From NCBI RefSeq assembly GCF_006345805.1, contig NC_043000.1:84010001-84074000 (forward strand): a stretch of DNA of 64,000 nucleotides. Reading direction: 5' to 3'. The stretch comes from Octopus sinensis (lineage: Eukaryota). Numbering within the stretch: the first letter of the stretch is position 1; the number at the start of each line of letters is the position of its first letter. Below the pieces are notes generated by a model that saw only the letters and a list, made by a program, of their open reading frames with translations, did no database searches and had not been told where the DNA came from. The position numbers and the translations under genes are program-made. This document shows positions 51,376-63,718 of the stretch, piece by piece.

Positions 51376-51407
<32 letters not shown>

Positions 51408-51634
51408 GCATATATATATATATTATATATACACACACATATATACATTCACACACACAAACATATATATATATATATACATATATAAGGTGCTTAAAAT
51501 CACAGTAAGCAACAAGGATATCCAGAGGTAATGCAGTGCGATCGTTTCACGCAACTCCATTTAATTAAACAATGCAACCGTTACATCAGTTTAAATACAG
51601 AGCAATCCTGAGCAGCACAAAGACATAGAATTTA

Positions 51635-52294
51635 ATTAAATTAAAACCGTTGGTCAAATTAATATAATTTTACTTGAAATCTCCAAGAAGTTAAGGGTAT
51701 AATCAAAGAACATGTTGCCTTCACTTCCACTTAGAAACAACTAAGGTATTAGGATGAAAGACTTGTTACAGATTTTGCTTGTCACTGTTTTATGGGGTTA
51801 GTTTTAATTTATAGAGTAGTTTTATCAAATCCTTGTATATCTAAGGCCGAGAGAACAAGGGGCAGTGTCTGTTAGGGGTAGGGCTGAGGGAGTCGACAGA
51901 AATCATAGTGGGTATAGTCATAAAAAATCAAGATTTATTAGAAGCAATATTATGAGATTTGGTAAAGGAAAACCTTAAATCAAGATGTTAGCTGACAAAT
52001 CTCATGATATTGCTTCTAATAAATCTTGATTTTTTATGACTATACCCACTATGATTTCTGTCGACTCCCTCAACCCTACCCCTAACAGATATACAAGGAT
52101 TTGATAAAACTACTCTATAAATTAAAACTAACCCCATAAAACAGTGACAAGCAAAATCTGTAATAAGTCTTTCTTCCTGATACCTTAGTAGTTTCTAATC
52201 TGAAGTGAAGGCAACATGTTCTTTGTCGATCTCCTTAACTTCTTGGAGATTTTAAGTAAAATTATATTAATGTGTCCATCGGTTTTAATTTAAT
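51635..52294. mobile_element. ~660-bp fold-back element (arms 51635-51961 / 51996-52294)
   Basis: Arms are near-perfect reverse complements with a 34-bp spacer; the left arm carries an extra ~27-bp insertion. Confidence 0.85.
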
Positions 52295-52437
52295 GCTAAT
52301 AATTCAGTCTGCCGCAACATTTCTCGTTAAGTGTAGGTGTCATAAATGTGAATAAATGAACATGTAAGACTCAGCTGTTCAAGTTATGGAGTATACTAAA
52401 TTATTTATATTTCATTTGTCATATTTCATTTTCTCAG

Positions 52438-52554
52438 ATGTTTATCGTCGAATCGAGCGGCATTGTGAGACAAACAACTCATGGTTTATTGTCGAAGCAG
52501 CTGGCATTGGGAGACCAACAATATCTCGTGGCTTCCTTGGAATCGATGGAACTG
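52438..52554 (+). CDS. candidate host exon (117 bp)
   Basis: Polypyrimidine acceptor TTTCATTTTCTCAG and donor CTG|GTCAGT. Two frames are open (MFIVESSGIVRQTTHGLL.. and VYRRIERHCETNNSWF..). Product unknown. Confidence 0.45.
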
Positions 52555-53415
52555 GTCAGTTTTGTCACTCATTCTGGGTGAGGGAGATTGCATCCGATGC
52601 GAGCGGAATTCAAATATATAATATATTTGCTCTCTCTCTTTCTCTCTCTCTCACTCCCACTCACCTAACGCATTCATATATATCGTTTCCAAGGTTTCAA
52701 GATGACTTTCTTGTTTACGTAACATTTACTCGACTTCACATCACGGTTTAAAATAACTTAGGTGAAACGGTTTAACATAATTCCCATTCCTTGAAGTATT
52801 TCTATGGTCATACAAATTCTAAAACTCTGTATTTGATGTACAGTTTGATGGATTAAAACTACTGTACCCTGAATTACATGATTCCACCATTAACAAACTG
52901 TCGGCGTTGTCTTATTAATAGGACATATGATATGTCATTTGAATACGTATCAATTGAACAATATGTTTATATTTTTTATTACTATGGAAATCACAAAAAC
53001 TGCATATATGTGCACTAGTAAACACTGAGGAGTGCACGTGCACCGCACATACATACACACAGTCGAAACCATACACACAATTACACGCATATGCACGTAT
53101 GTATAAATTTATTTTATATAATTGTAATGCATAGTTTGTAATATTATCTGAGTAATATTACTCTGACCCCAGACTTCCAATGACAGCGATGTTTTTGTCT
53201 GTCTGTCTGAACGTATGTATGTATGTATGTATGTATGTATGTATGTATGTATGTATGTATGTATGTATGTATGTATGTATGTATGTATGTATGTATGTAT
53301 GTATGTATGCATATATATATATCTTCACATATATAGAGACAGATACATATGATAGATCGTTAGCTACTACACACATTTTTTCTCTCCTTGTTTCTCTCCT
53401 TGTTTTTTCTGTGTA

Positions 53416-53453
53416 TCTTTCTGTAGAAGAGCGTAGGCTCGAAACGTAAAAGA
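53416..53453 (+). ncRNA. minimal type-I hammerhead-like motif (A6>U variant) in a short repeat
   Basis: Stem I TCTTT/AAAGA, core CTGTAGA+A, stem II GAGC-GTAG-GCTC, then GAAAC-GTA. Confidence 0.5.
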
Positions 53454-53550
53454 CTTTTTCTATTCCTGAGCGCTATACTAATACAACTGTTTGTTTGTAC
53501 ACCACCTGGCTTCGTCTTTTGTTATTTCGTAAACTTTACCTATATATATA

Positions 53551-53625
<75 letters not shown>

Positions 53626-54034
53626 TATATATATCATATATACATATATGTTCATACATACATACAAACATACATACATACATACATACATACATACATA
53701 CATACATACGTACGTACGTACATACATACGTACATACATACATACATATGTGCATACATACATACATATGTACACTCCTGAAAGTGTTTATTCGACTGAG
53801 AAACTTTATTACTTATACAATATAAAAAAAATAACCTCGAATCCATTTATGGACACTTTCTACAAATCTAGGTTCCCCCAAATAGCTGAATTACAAGAGC
53901 AACTTCATATTGATGCCTTCCTACTTTTATCAGATAAAATATCAACTTATGATGTGAACCCAATATGCATATATATATATATATACATATACATTTACAT
54001 ACAACACACACACACACAACACACACACACACAT

Positions 54035-54093
<59 letters not shown>

Positions 54094-54175
54094 GTTCAAA
54101 TAAGTATAAGTCGATTAGTCTAGATGTTGATTAAAGCACCGGCATAGTTTGGGCTCCTGTAGTCATCCGCAGTTG

Positions 54176-54223
54176 TGGTACCTGATAAGATAGACTGATG
54201 GGTCGAAACATACGTTGTAACCA
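54176..54223 (+). ncRNA. type-I hammerhead-like motif (G8>A variant)
   Basis: Stem I TGGTAC/GTA(A)CCA, core CTGATAA, stem II GAC/GTC, then GAAAC-ATAC-GTT. Confidence 0.45.
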
Positions 54224-54363
54224 AGAAAGGTTTAATACTGAATCTATCTCCTGTTAACCAACATAATTACATGTATATATATATATATATATATAATATA
54301 TATATTATATATATGTATGTATGGATGGATGGATGTATTATGTATGTATATGTATATATATAT

Positions 54364-54409
<46 letters not shown>

Positions 54410-54428
54410 TTAATATAGAGATAAAGAA

Positions 54429-54803
54429 GTTAGACAGATGTATATATAAAGTATATGAAATATATGAAATACAAAAATGTATGTATGTTGACATACAAAA
54501 AGGTCCGACTTACGCGGAATACAAATGATATAGAGTAAAGGGGTTGAACTTCTTTCCTTTTACACCTCAAATGTAAGATCTCTTTTCTGAAGACCTACGA
54601 TGGAAACCATGTACAAACAATATTTTAGACCACCGACCACCCAGAAACAGTTGTTGGATTTGTAATACTTTTCTTCATCCCCTTTAATTCTGTATATCAT
54701 TTGTATTCTGCGTAAGTCGGACCTTTTTATATGTAAACACATATACATTTTTAGTTTTTCATGTATTTAATATATTAATACTTTATATATTGACCTGCCT
54801 AAC
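54429..54803. mobile_element. MITE-like element with ~120-bp imperfect TIRs
   Basis: AAAAAGGTCCGACTTACGCGGAATACAAATGATATA on the left versus TATATCATTTGTATTCTGCGTAAGTCGGACCTTTTT on the right; similarity extends outward. Confidence 0.75.
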
Positions 54804-55169
54804 ATGCTTATCCTTACCTTTACTTCTCTACCCGCTCAAGCTTAGATCTCTTGAGCACTACTAAGTGTATTCTATATGCAGAATATCTCTTCTCATCTAT
54901 GAACCATATGTGTGTGTGTGTGTGTATGTACGCATGCGTGTGTGTGCGTGTGCGTGTGTATGCGTGTGTGTGAGTGTTATATAATGTTTGCTCTCAATCG
55001 AAAATATATGAATTGTTTTGAAACAAGTTTTATTTTGTTTAAACAAAATAAGATCAGTTCTTTCATTCTTGCAGGACTAGTACTGCTAATATTCACCATT
55101 GAAGGAAAAGGAATTATAAAAGACTATAGTTTTTTTAAGGAATTTTTCTTATCTTTTATTTGTTTCGCT

Positions 55170-55350
55170 CATTAGACTACGGCTATGCAGGAAAACAGCG
55201 TGGAAAGGTTTTTAGCCGAATGAATTGTCCCCCAGTGCCTATTCTGAAGCCTCGTAGTTATTCTATCGGACTGCTAAGACACAGGGTCGTAAACTAACCA
55301 ACGCCGTTGGTAATCAAGTGGTGGTGGAGGATAAGCACAAAGATAAAGAC
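55170..55350 (-). mobile_element. SINE type 1 3' half, diverged
   Basis: Reverse complement matches the type-1 body and tail (CCACCACTTGATTACCAAC.., TAGCCGTAGTCTAATG). Confidence 0.6.
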
Positions 55351-55474
55351 ATATATACACAGATTCATGCATACATACATGCATGCATACATACATACAT
55401 ACATAAATACATACATACATACATACATACATACATACATACATACCTTCGTACGTACATACATAAGAGACCAG

Positions 55475-56125
55475 TGACTATCTTGCCAAGTTTGTGACCA
55501 AGAAATCAACGAAATAATTAGGATAGCTAATGAACTTGAGAAGAGGTATGAAATAAGAGCTGATACAGATCTCTCCCTAAGGAGCAATGCAGAAATTTAT
55601 TTATCAGGAGAACAAAATAGAAAAACACGGATCAGTTGACCGAGAAGGTAGTACATTGGCACTTGTCACATAAAACACAAAGCATAGAAGGGATTGATCA
55701 TGTCAGATGTTTGGCATAGAGTACTGAGAAGTTCATGACATATCTCTTCGAAGGCCACTTCCATGCAATTCAAGAACGAGAGATTCTACTAAGTACCTAC
55801 AGCAAAAACCGTTGACAGACAACAAATGCTGGCTGTGAAAGACCAAGGTCGAAGACAACAACCACATCATTACCAACTGAGAGATGTTATCTTCCCATGA
55901 GGCATAAGGCACTAGTCAAAACCATCTGGAACAGGATAGCAAAAAAAAAGTAAAAGAAAACACATACAAACGAAGTTGACTATATTGAGACCTACGTGTC
56001 AAAAGAATATTGGTGGACCTTAAAAATTAAAACAGTCACCAAGTTAAAACTCAATCAGCCAAATATTATCGTGTGGGACCACAAGGAAACAATATGTTTT
56101 GTGGAAATCAGTTGCTCACTGGATT
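55475..56125 (+). mobile_element. R4/Dong-like LINE fragment (same subfamily as 1040-1665)
   Basis: Peptides EGHFHAIQEREI, NKCWL..EDNNHII and WW..IKT..PNIIVWD..VEISC. Confidence 0.7.
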
Positions 56126-56465
56126 CGCCGAGGTTGACTTTGTCTTTCATTTTTCAGGGTCGATGAAACAAGTACCAGTTGAACATTGGTGTCATTGTAA
56201 TCGACTAGCCCCCTTTCCCCACTCAAATTTCAGGCTTTTACCTATTGTAGAAAGGATTATTTGTTATAATAAAGGCGATGAGCTTGCAGAACTGTTATCA
56301 TATCGGACAAAATGCTTAGCGGCATTTCTTCCAACTCTTTACGTTCTTAGTTCAAATTCCACCGAGGTCAACATCACCTTTCAGCTTAAGTACAGTAAAG
56401 TATTGGGATCGATGTAATTGAGTAACCTCTTCCACTGACATTGCTAGTGTTGTAGCAAAATTTGA
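56125..56465 (+). mobile_element. two SINE type 2 copies (one partial)
   Basis: CGCCGAGGTTGACTTTGTCTTTCAT..GGTCGATGAAACAAGTACCAG; a second head starts at about 56275. Confidence 0.75.
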
Positions 56466-57504
56466 AATAATTATTTATACAACACGATGAAAAGGATTGA
56501 AAATATCATGCTACTTATTACAAGAGGGTTTTGTTTTCACCATCGAACCTTTATATTTCTTTAGTTTAGAAACAAGTTATCCTGACTGGCAATCTATTTC
56601 TAGGTTATTGGCCTTCAACCAGAACAGAAACTTGCAGAAGTGAAGAACAAATCAAGTCCTCCACAAGTAAACAAACTTCCATTGCATATTCGATTAGTTG
56701 GGTGATTTGTGCCATTCTATAGAACACGCTTCATAAGATGATTCCTTTTATCTATTTGTCAACAATCATAGAACAAATGTCTTTGACACTAGACATTCAA
56801 CAATTTCTTCAGATAATAGTAGCGAACAGATTTCAAAGAAGGTATTCAATTAAATTCAAAGGATAGTTAATCGTTCTTCTGATCTTAGTCTTTGATGCTA
56901 TCATTATCAAAGCAATTAATTTCTTGATAAATGACAAGTTCACTCACGCAGCTAACTTTAACACCCCCTCTTTTTCATTGATTTCTTTTCTTTTCTTTTT
57001 TCTTCCAGTAATTTGCATACAAAAGAAAAGCAATATATTCAACGCGATTAATATTTTTTCTTATTACAGTTTTTATACTTTGAGAAAGCGAAGAAAAGTT
57101 TAAGCTTTTACTTAAAAAATAAGCACACGCACATGTGCACACGCACACACACACACACACACAATCGTATATGAGGTACTCATATACGATTGTATGTTAT
57201 GTATATGAGGTACTCTGTTGTTGATAGCGATATAGGTATATGAGGTACTCTGTTGTCGTATATGAGGTACGATAGCGATATAGACAAGAGTTCAGTAACA
57301 ATCACTTGTGCCTAAAAACACGACCAAAATCTTACAGCAATAGCCTTGGCCTATTCTACTCGCTTTGACTTCATGCTAACAAAACTCTAAGATAAAAAGT
57401 TCTTACTGAACAATCTTCACAAAGAAGTGGAGTAAATTCGTGACGATTCCACCTTATTTTCTCGTCCTATTTGTGTAATCTCAACTGATAAACATTGTGC
57501 AATA

Positions 57505-57711
57505 CGTCACACTCAAAACGACGGATGCACGGGCAAAGGGATGCGAAACATAAGCAAGTGCAAGCTGACTTCTTTTACCGTCGCAGTTCGTTTAATCCTT
57601 GAGGCCCTCTAAAAATATATAAATAGGTTGCGATAGTGAAAAATAAATCAGCTTCCACTTGCTTGTGTTTTGCATCCTTCTGCCCGTGCATGCGTCGTTT
57701 TGTGTGTGACA
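57505..57711. mobile_element. MITE with ~80-bp TIRs, TA flanks
   Basis: GTCACACTCAAAACGACGGATGCACGGGCAAAGGGATGCGAAAC.. versus ..GTTTTGCATCCTTCTGCCCGTGCATGCGTCGTTTTGTGTGTGAC. TA at 57503-57504 and 57712-57713. Confidence 0.8.
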
Positions 57712-57744
57712 TAAAGCATTTAATATTTAAGGGCCTCTTAATGA

Positions 57745-58345
57745 TGGTAAGCTGGCAGAATCGTTAGTGCGTCGAGCGAAATGTATAGTGGTATTTCATC
57801 TGCCGCTAGGTTCTGAGTTCAAATTCTGCCGAGGTCGACTTCGTCTTTCATCCTTTCGGAGTAGATAAATTAAGTACCGGTTACGCACTGGGGTCGATGT
57901 AATCGACTTAATCCCTTTGTCTGTCCTTGTTTGTCCTCTCTATGTTTAGCACCTTTTGGGCAATAAAGAAATAAGAATCGTTAGCGCGTCGGAAAAATGA
58001 TTAGAGGTATTTCGTCCGTCTTTATGTTCTGAGTTCAAATACCGTTCATCCTTTCGAGGGTCGATAAAATAAGTGACAGTTGAAAACTGGGGTCGATCTG
58101 ATCGACTTATCTCCTCTCTTGATATTGCTGGCCTTGCGCCAAAATTTGAAATCTATATTTAAGGACCTGTTGAAGGCGGCGGGCTGGCAGAAACGTTAGT
58201 GCGCCTGGCAGAATTGTTAGCATTTCGTCCGTCCTTACGTTCTGAGTTCAAATGCCTTTCATCCTTTCGGGGTCGATAAAGTAAGTACCAGTTGAGCACC
58301 GTGGTCGATGTAATTGACATACCCTCGCCTCCAAAATTCGAAACC
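57745..58345 (+). mobile_element. cluster of three SINE type 2 copies (2B nested in 2A, plus a third)
   Basis: The 2B tail ..GGGCAATAAAGAAATA is followed by a repeat of the head motif AGAATCGTTAG; a third copy lies at 58175-58345. Confidence 0.8.
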
Positions 58346-58739
58346 AATATTTGGGGCCCTCGATTAGATATTTTGTTTTAATTTTGCTGTACATATCTAC
58401 ACTATTTGCATATAAGCCGCAGCGGTAGCAATTCATGTACTCGAGCACGTGATGTTGAGGAACTGCAAAAATAGCGAAATATCCATATCAATCGTCCTCG
58501 ATCATCTGCCGGTCGCATTGTCTTGGTTTGTGATATGCAACGTTCCTTAACAATCAGTGTTTTAAAGGGACTTTTCCCTCAGGCGGTATGTCACTGTTAA
58601 CGAGCGCATAAAACAAAATAAAACACACTACGTGACATCCATAATGATTATATATTTATATTATATATATTGATAAAAATGGTAGGGCAACAAAAGAATG
58701 AAAGAGACCTCGATATTATGTAAATACAGGAATCTCTCT

Positions 58740-58870
58740 GTAAATGTAATATGTGACAATTATTCGGTATTTTTCCGATGGCCGGAAAATAAAGAAATGG
58801 CGGCGTGGATTTCCACCTCGGCATCCGGAACTCGGATGGCTACCGAATAATTGTCACATATTACTTTTAC
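58740..58870. repeat. 131-bp element with 30-bp inverted termini, next to (TA)n
   Basis: GTAAATGTAATATGTGACAATTATTCGGTA / TACCGAATAATTGTCACATATTACTTTTAC (one mismatch). Confidence 0.75.
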
Positions 58871-58891
58871 ATATATAATATATATATATAT

Positions 58892-59021
<130 letters not shown>

Positions 59022-59600
59022 GAATAGATAGATAGATACGTAGAACTAATATCGAGTAGTCTTGAGAAGTTAACGTTTCTCTTATGAGGTCTAATAAGAT
59101 TGAAACACATCTACAGTACTCAACCTTCCCAGCTATCAAATACAAATTTATTCCCACAAGCACAAAAATTAAATTTTCTGCGAAATTAAATCATAATTAC
59201 TCGCAATTATTTCCCTTATCTTTGACAGCGGCAGATAACTGGTGCAAGGTATTAGCTTCCATTTTCCATCCAAGATAAAATATCCATAAAATATTGAGAA
59301 TTTTTTGCATATGTCATTAGTACGTTTCAAGCTGCTTGAGTTCGATTACCTCATACTTTTGGCCGTCTTCACTTATTTAATTTCATTTCCCTGTCCTTCA
59401 GCCTAGAAAGAATGTGATCACATTTTTACTCTAAACGCACACATGTAGGTTTTATATTTAAGATGTATTAAACTAATTATTTCTTCTGATTCATACTACA
59501 TTGTACATACTACACCCACCCACATACACACACACACTCACCCACACACAAATGTATGTGTGTAAGTACATGTTTGTGTGTAAGCATGCACATATAGTTG

Positions 59601-59632
<32 letters not shown>

Positions 59633-59673
59633 TATATATATACATATACACACACATAAATACATATATACAT

Positions 59674-59708
<35 letters not shown>

Positions 59709-59752
59709 AGGATATTTATTATATTCCTTCATATATATATTTATATATCCGC

Positions 59753-59788
<36 letters not shown>

Positions 59789-60463
59789 GTGTGTATGTAT
59801 GTATGTATGTATGTATGTATATAATTATGTCAATCCATATGAGCAAAGAAAGTGATAGAGTGGTAAAGACATAACAGAAAGAGAGAGAGAGAATGGAAGA
59901 GAGAGAGAGGAAGAGAGATAGAGAGATAGAGGAAGAGAGAGAGAGAGAGAGAGAGAGTCTAAACAGGTGTCGGAATAGATGATATATACCTAACTATACA
60001 TAAATGAATACAAAAAAATAAGAAGTTTATAAAATTTTTATTGATTTATTTAATACGTTGATAATTTAGACCTAATTAGATTCCTAGTATTTTCTTTTAG
60101 TCATGCCTAATACTCTCATATACAGAAGTAATTGTAAACAATTATATATACATAGTTACCTTTTTATATATATAACTATATTTGTGTTTAAATGATTTTA
60201 TGTTGAGTGTGATAAGAAATGTGTTAGTGTATCTACTGTTACAAAATACTTATATATCAAAATGATATATAAGAATTATACTAACTGAACGTTCTATACT
60301 ATACTTTGGGGAAGGAAGATGGGACACGTCCATGAGGAGCTGTCCACAAACTGTGAAATGGTCCGCCAGGGAAATTGTTAGTTCTTTTGTTTCTCCACGT
60401 ATCCAAAAGTAGAAGTAATGTATTCGCATTTTTACTTCACCTACAGTTCGGCTATATATTATT

Positions 60464-60524
<61 letters not shown>

Positions 60525-60946
60525 ACCTACTTGGAAGAGAATGTATGGCATTCAGTCATATAATGATATAAATAATATATATATATGTGTGTGTGTGTGT
60601 GTATGCACTTATTTTCTTTGCTTTGTTTTCCATTTGTGTCTTAAGTTGTTCGAAAGAATAGTTTATGTTCCATGTACTCGTGATTCGTATTTTTTTGTTG
60701 TACACGTTTCATGACGTCCTGTGCCCTCATATGCTTATATATATTCGTATAGATGTAAGTATGTACACATATCTATGTATATATGCATATATATATTATT
60801 TATATTATTATATATATATATACATTATATGTGTTGGTGTATATATATATATATATATTATATATTATATATATGTATATATATATGTGTGTGTGTGTAT
60901 ATATATTATATATATGTGTGTGTGTGTATATATATATATATTACTT

Positions 60947-61266
60947 ATGGCTTAGTGGCTAGGGCATTCGGCTAACGATTGTAAGGTCATGAGTTCGATT
61001 CCCAGCGATGCGTTGTGTCCCTATGCAAGACACTTTATTTCCCTTTGCTCCAGTCCACTCCGCTGGCAAAAATGAGTTGTACTTGTATTTCAAAGGGCTT
61101 GCCATGTCACACTCTGTGTCACGCTGAATCTCCCTGAGAACTACGTTAGGGGTTACGCATGTCTGTCGATTGCTCAGTCACTTGCACGTTAATTTCACGA
61201 GCAAGCTCTTCCGTTGTTGATCGTATCAGCTGAGACCCTCGTCGTCGTAACCGACGGAGTGTTCTT
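60947..61266 (+). mobile_element. SINE type 3 (CORE-like)
   Basis: TGGCTTAGTGG, GAGTTCGATTCCC, GCAAGACACTTTATT and GTAACCGACGGAGTG. Confidence 0.85.
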
Positions 61267-61869
61267 CATATATATATATATGATGGCTTAGCTGGCTGAA
61301 ACTTCAAAGTCACTGTCAATACTATTCTTGTTAAAGAATAATAAATTTATACTCTGCTATAGTATGGAGTAATCCCTCAGATTAATATAAAATTGTTTTA
61401 TTTTATAGTTAACATAGCAAACACTAATATATATATATATACATACAGAATCCACATGTACGTATGTATGAAGAATGTATGTTTGTGTGTGTGTGTTTGT
61501 GTGTGTGTTTGTGTGTGTGTGCGAGTGTGTGTGTGCGTATGTTTCTGTCTGTGTTTGTGTGTGTGTTCATTTCACTAATGAAAAGATATCTAACAACTGG
61601 AAGATGCATGCTTTTAGTTGGCAATCCTCAACTATTAGCACACATTGAGTAGGGTAGGGCATCTTTTCCTTTAAAGTAACTCTTCTTGTTCTTCTCTGCT
61701 GGCAAACAACGGGTTTTAATCAGAAGCAACGTATTTGATGAAAGAAGGGTGTGGGCTGTCCAACATTCACAGAGGGCTACAGTTGTGTAGGGTGATGGCG
61801 GCATCGACAAGAGCAATGTGTAGGGACAGATGAAATGTAAAGAAAGTAACACTAGCACTAAAGACAAAC

Positions 61870-62225
61870 CACGCCTCTGTGAGACCAACAACTGCAGCAG
61901 CTGACAGGAATCGTGGACAGAAGAGTCACAATCCGCGAACATGCTGCACAACTAGACTGTTGTCACAATGTATTACAGAAGGTGGTGGAAGACTGAGAAA
62001 CGAGAAGTCTATGCAAAGTGGGCATCTGATATCCCATCTGAAGAGGAAAAAGCAGAACTTGTTATGATCAGTCGGAAGCGTTTGAAGCTAAATGAAACGG
62101 GTTTTTGCCAATCTGTTGGCCGAAGATGAAACGTGGGCGTATCTTTATGATCCGAAAAGGAGATTTCAGACCATGAAATGACGTCACCTCTCTTGTCGAA
62201 AGCCAGAGAAGTTCAAGGGCTAGTG
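61870..62225 (+). mobile_element. mariner transposase fragment
   Basis: Peptides DRRVTIRE and EDETWAYLYDPK (first catalytic Asp motif), frameshifted. Confidence 0.75.
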
Positions 62226-62932
62226 ATCGTCACAGAAAATCATGGAACTGTTTTGAGAAATGATTTATGTCTCTTTTATTGGGGCCAAAAAGGGCTTCCC
62301 TAGTGTACAAGACATATAATTGTAAGATGGTACTATCACTGGGATGAAGGCAAGTTGAGATAAAGGTGCCGTGGGGAAAGTGTGGTGTTGGTGAATTTGC
62401 AGGGAGGGGAATCAATTTTATAATCATACGTAGTGGTGCACAAGTATCGAAGTTGTGTGTGGCGAATCTTATGTTAATTAATTGGATTGCAGCAATGAAG
62501 GTGGATCTAATATTCATATTTATGGCACGTCGGCCAGTTTGCTGAAGTGTATCAGCCTCATGAGTACATGAGCAAAATTCGCCTGTTTTATAGAATGGAT
62601 AGGAGGCCTGTAAAGAACTATGATTCTTTTCTAACAGAAGCAGAATTTACACCACCTACTGCTAAATAACAGATTGGTGGTTTTCCAGTATCTTTACATG
62701 GTATTGTAATGCACAGCATTGTCCTCGAATCTCCATGTATGCCTTACTAGAGTTGTAACATTTCGCATCTCTTGGATATATCTATATCTATATGTTTATG
62801 TACGTGTGTGTATGTGTGCATTTATCTATATACATCAGCATACAGACTATATATATATATATATATTCACACAAACACACACACATATATATATATACAG
62901 AAACATATGGATATATATATATTATATATATA

Positions 62933-63024
<92 letters not shown>

Positions 63025-63027
<3 letters not shown>

Positions 63028-63188
63028 CGCAGGAGTGGCTGTGTGGTAAGTAGCTTGCTAACCACCACATGGTTCCGGGTTCAGTCCCACTGCATAGCAT
63101 CTTGGCAAGTGTCTTCTGCTATAGCCCCGGGCCGACCAATGCTTTGTGAGTGGATTTGGTAGACGGAAATTGAAGAAGCCTGTCGTAG

Positions 63189-63238
<50 letters not shown>

Positions 63239-63430
63239 TTGTGTGTCTGTGTTTGTCCCCCTAGCATTGCTTGACAACCGATGCTGGTGTGTTTACGTCC
63301 CCGTCACTTAGCGGTTCGGCAAAAGAGACCGATAGAATAAGTCCTGGGGTCGATTTATTCGACTAAAGGCGGTGATCCAGCATGGCCGCAGTCAAATGAC
63401 TGAAACAAGTAAAAGAGAAAAAGAGAAAGA
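63025..63430 (+). mobile_element. SINE type 1 (OK-like), full length, least diverged
   Basis: GGCGCAGGAGTGGCTGTGTGGTAAGTAGCTTGC..GGTTCAGTCCC..internal (TA)/(TG)n..GCATGGCCGCAGTCAAATGACTGAAACAAGTAAAAGAG. Confidence 0.92.
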
Positions 63431-63718
63431 AATATATATATATATATATGCGTGTGTGTGTGTGTGTGCATACATATATATACATATATATATGTATGCA
63501 TGTCTATACATACATATCTGTATGCTCGTGTATATCACCGTATTTGTGTATGTCCGCTTGTATGTGTGCATTCTTGTTTCATAAGTGTACTGGAGGATAA
63601 CTACAACATGATTGAAACATCCTTAAATAGCTGTTCCTATTGAATGTAGCTACCTCCCCCACCCAATGCTTACCTAAAGAGACTTCTAGACTTTTGATAT
63701 AGAAAAATTCTATTGCAG

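Noticed and set aside
53024-53050. CTGAGGA-GTGC(ACGT)GCAC hammerhead-like half
   Set aside because: It is followed by CGCAC rather than GAAA, and no stem I or III was found.
54592-54716. Exon ending at a GTAAGT donor
   Set aside because: The two frames I translated both contain stops, and the donor lies inside a MITE arm.
62300-62560. Helitron helicase-like FPHG motif on the minus strand
   Set aside because: Similarity is too weak, and the flanking QFP/TINKSQG motifs are absent.
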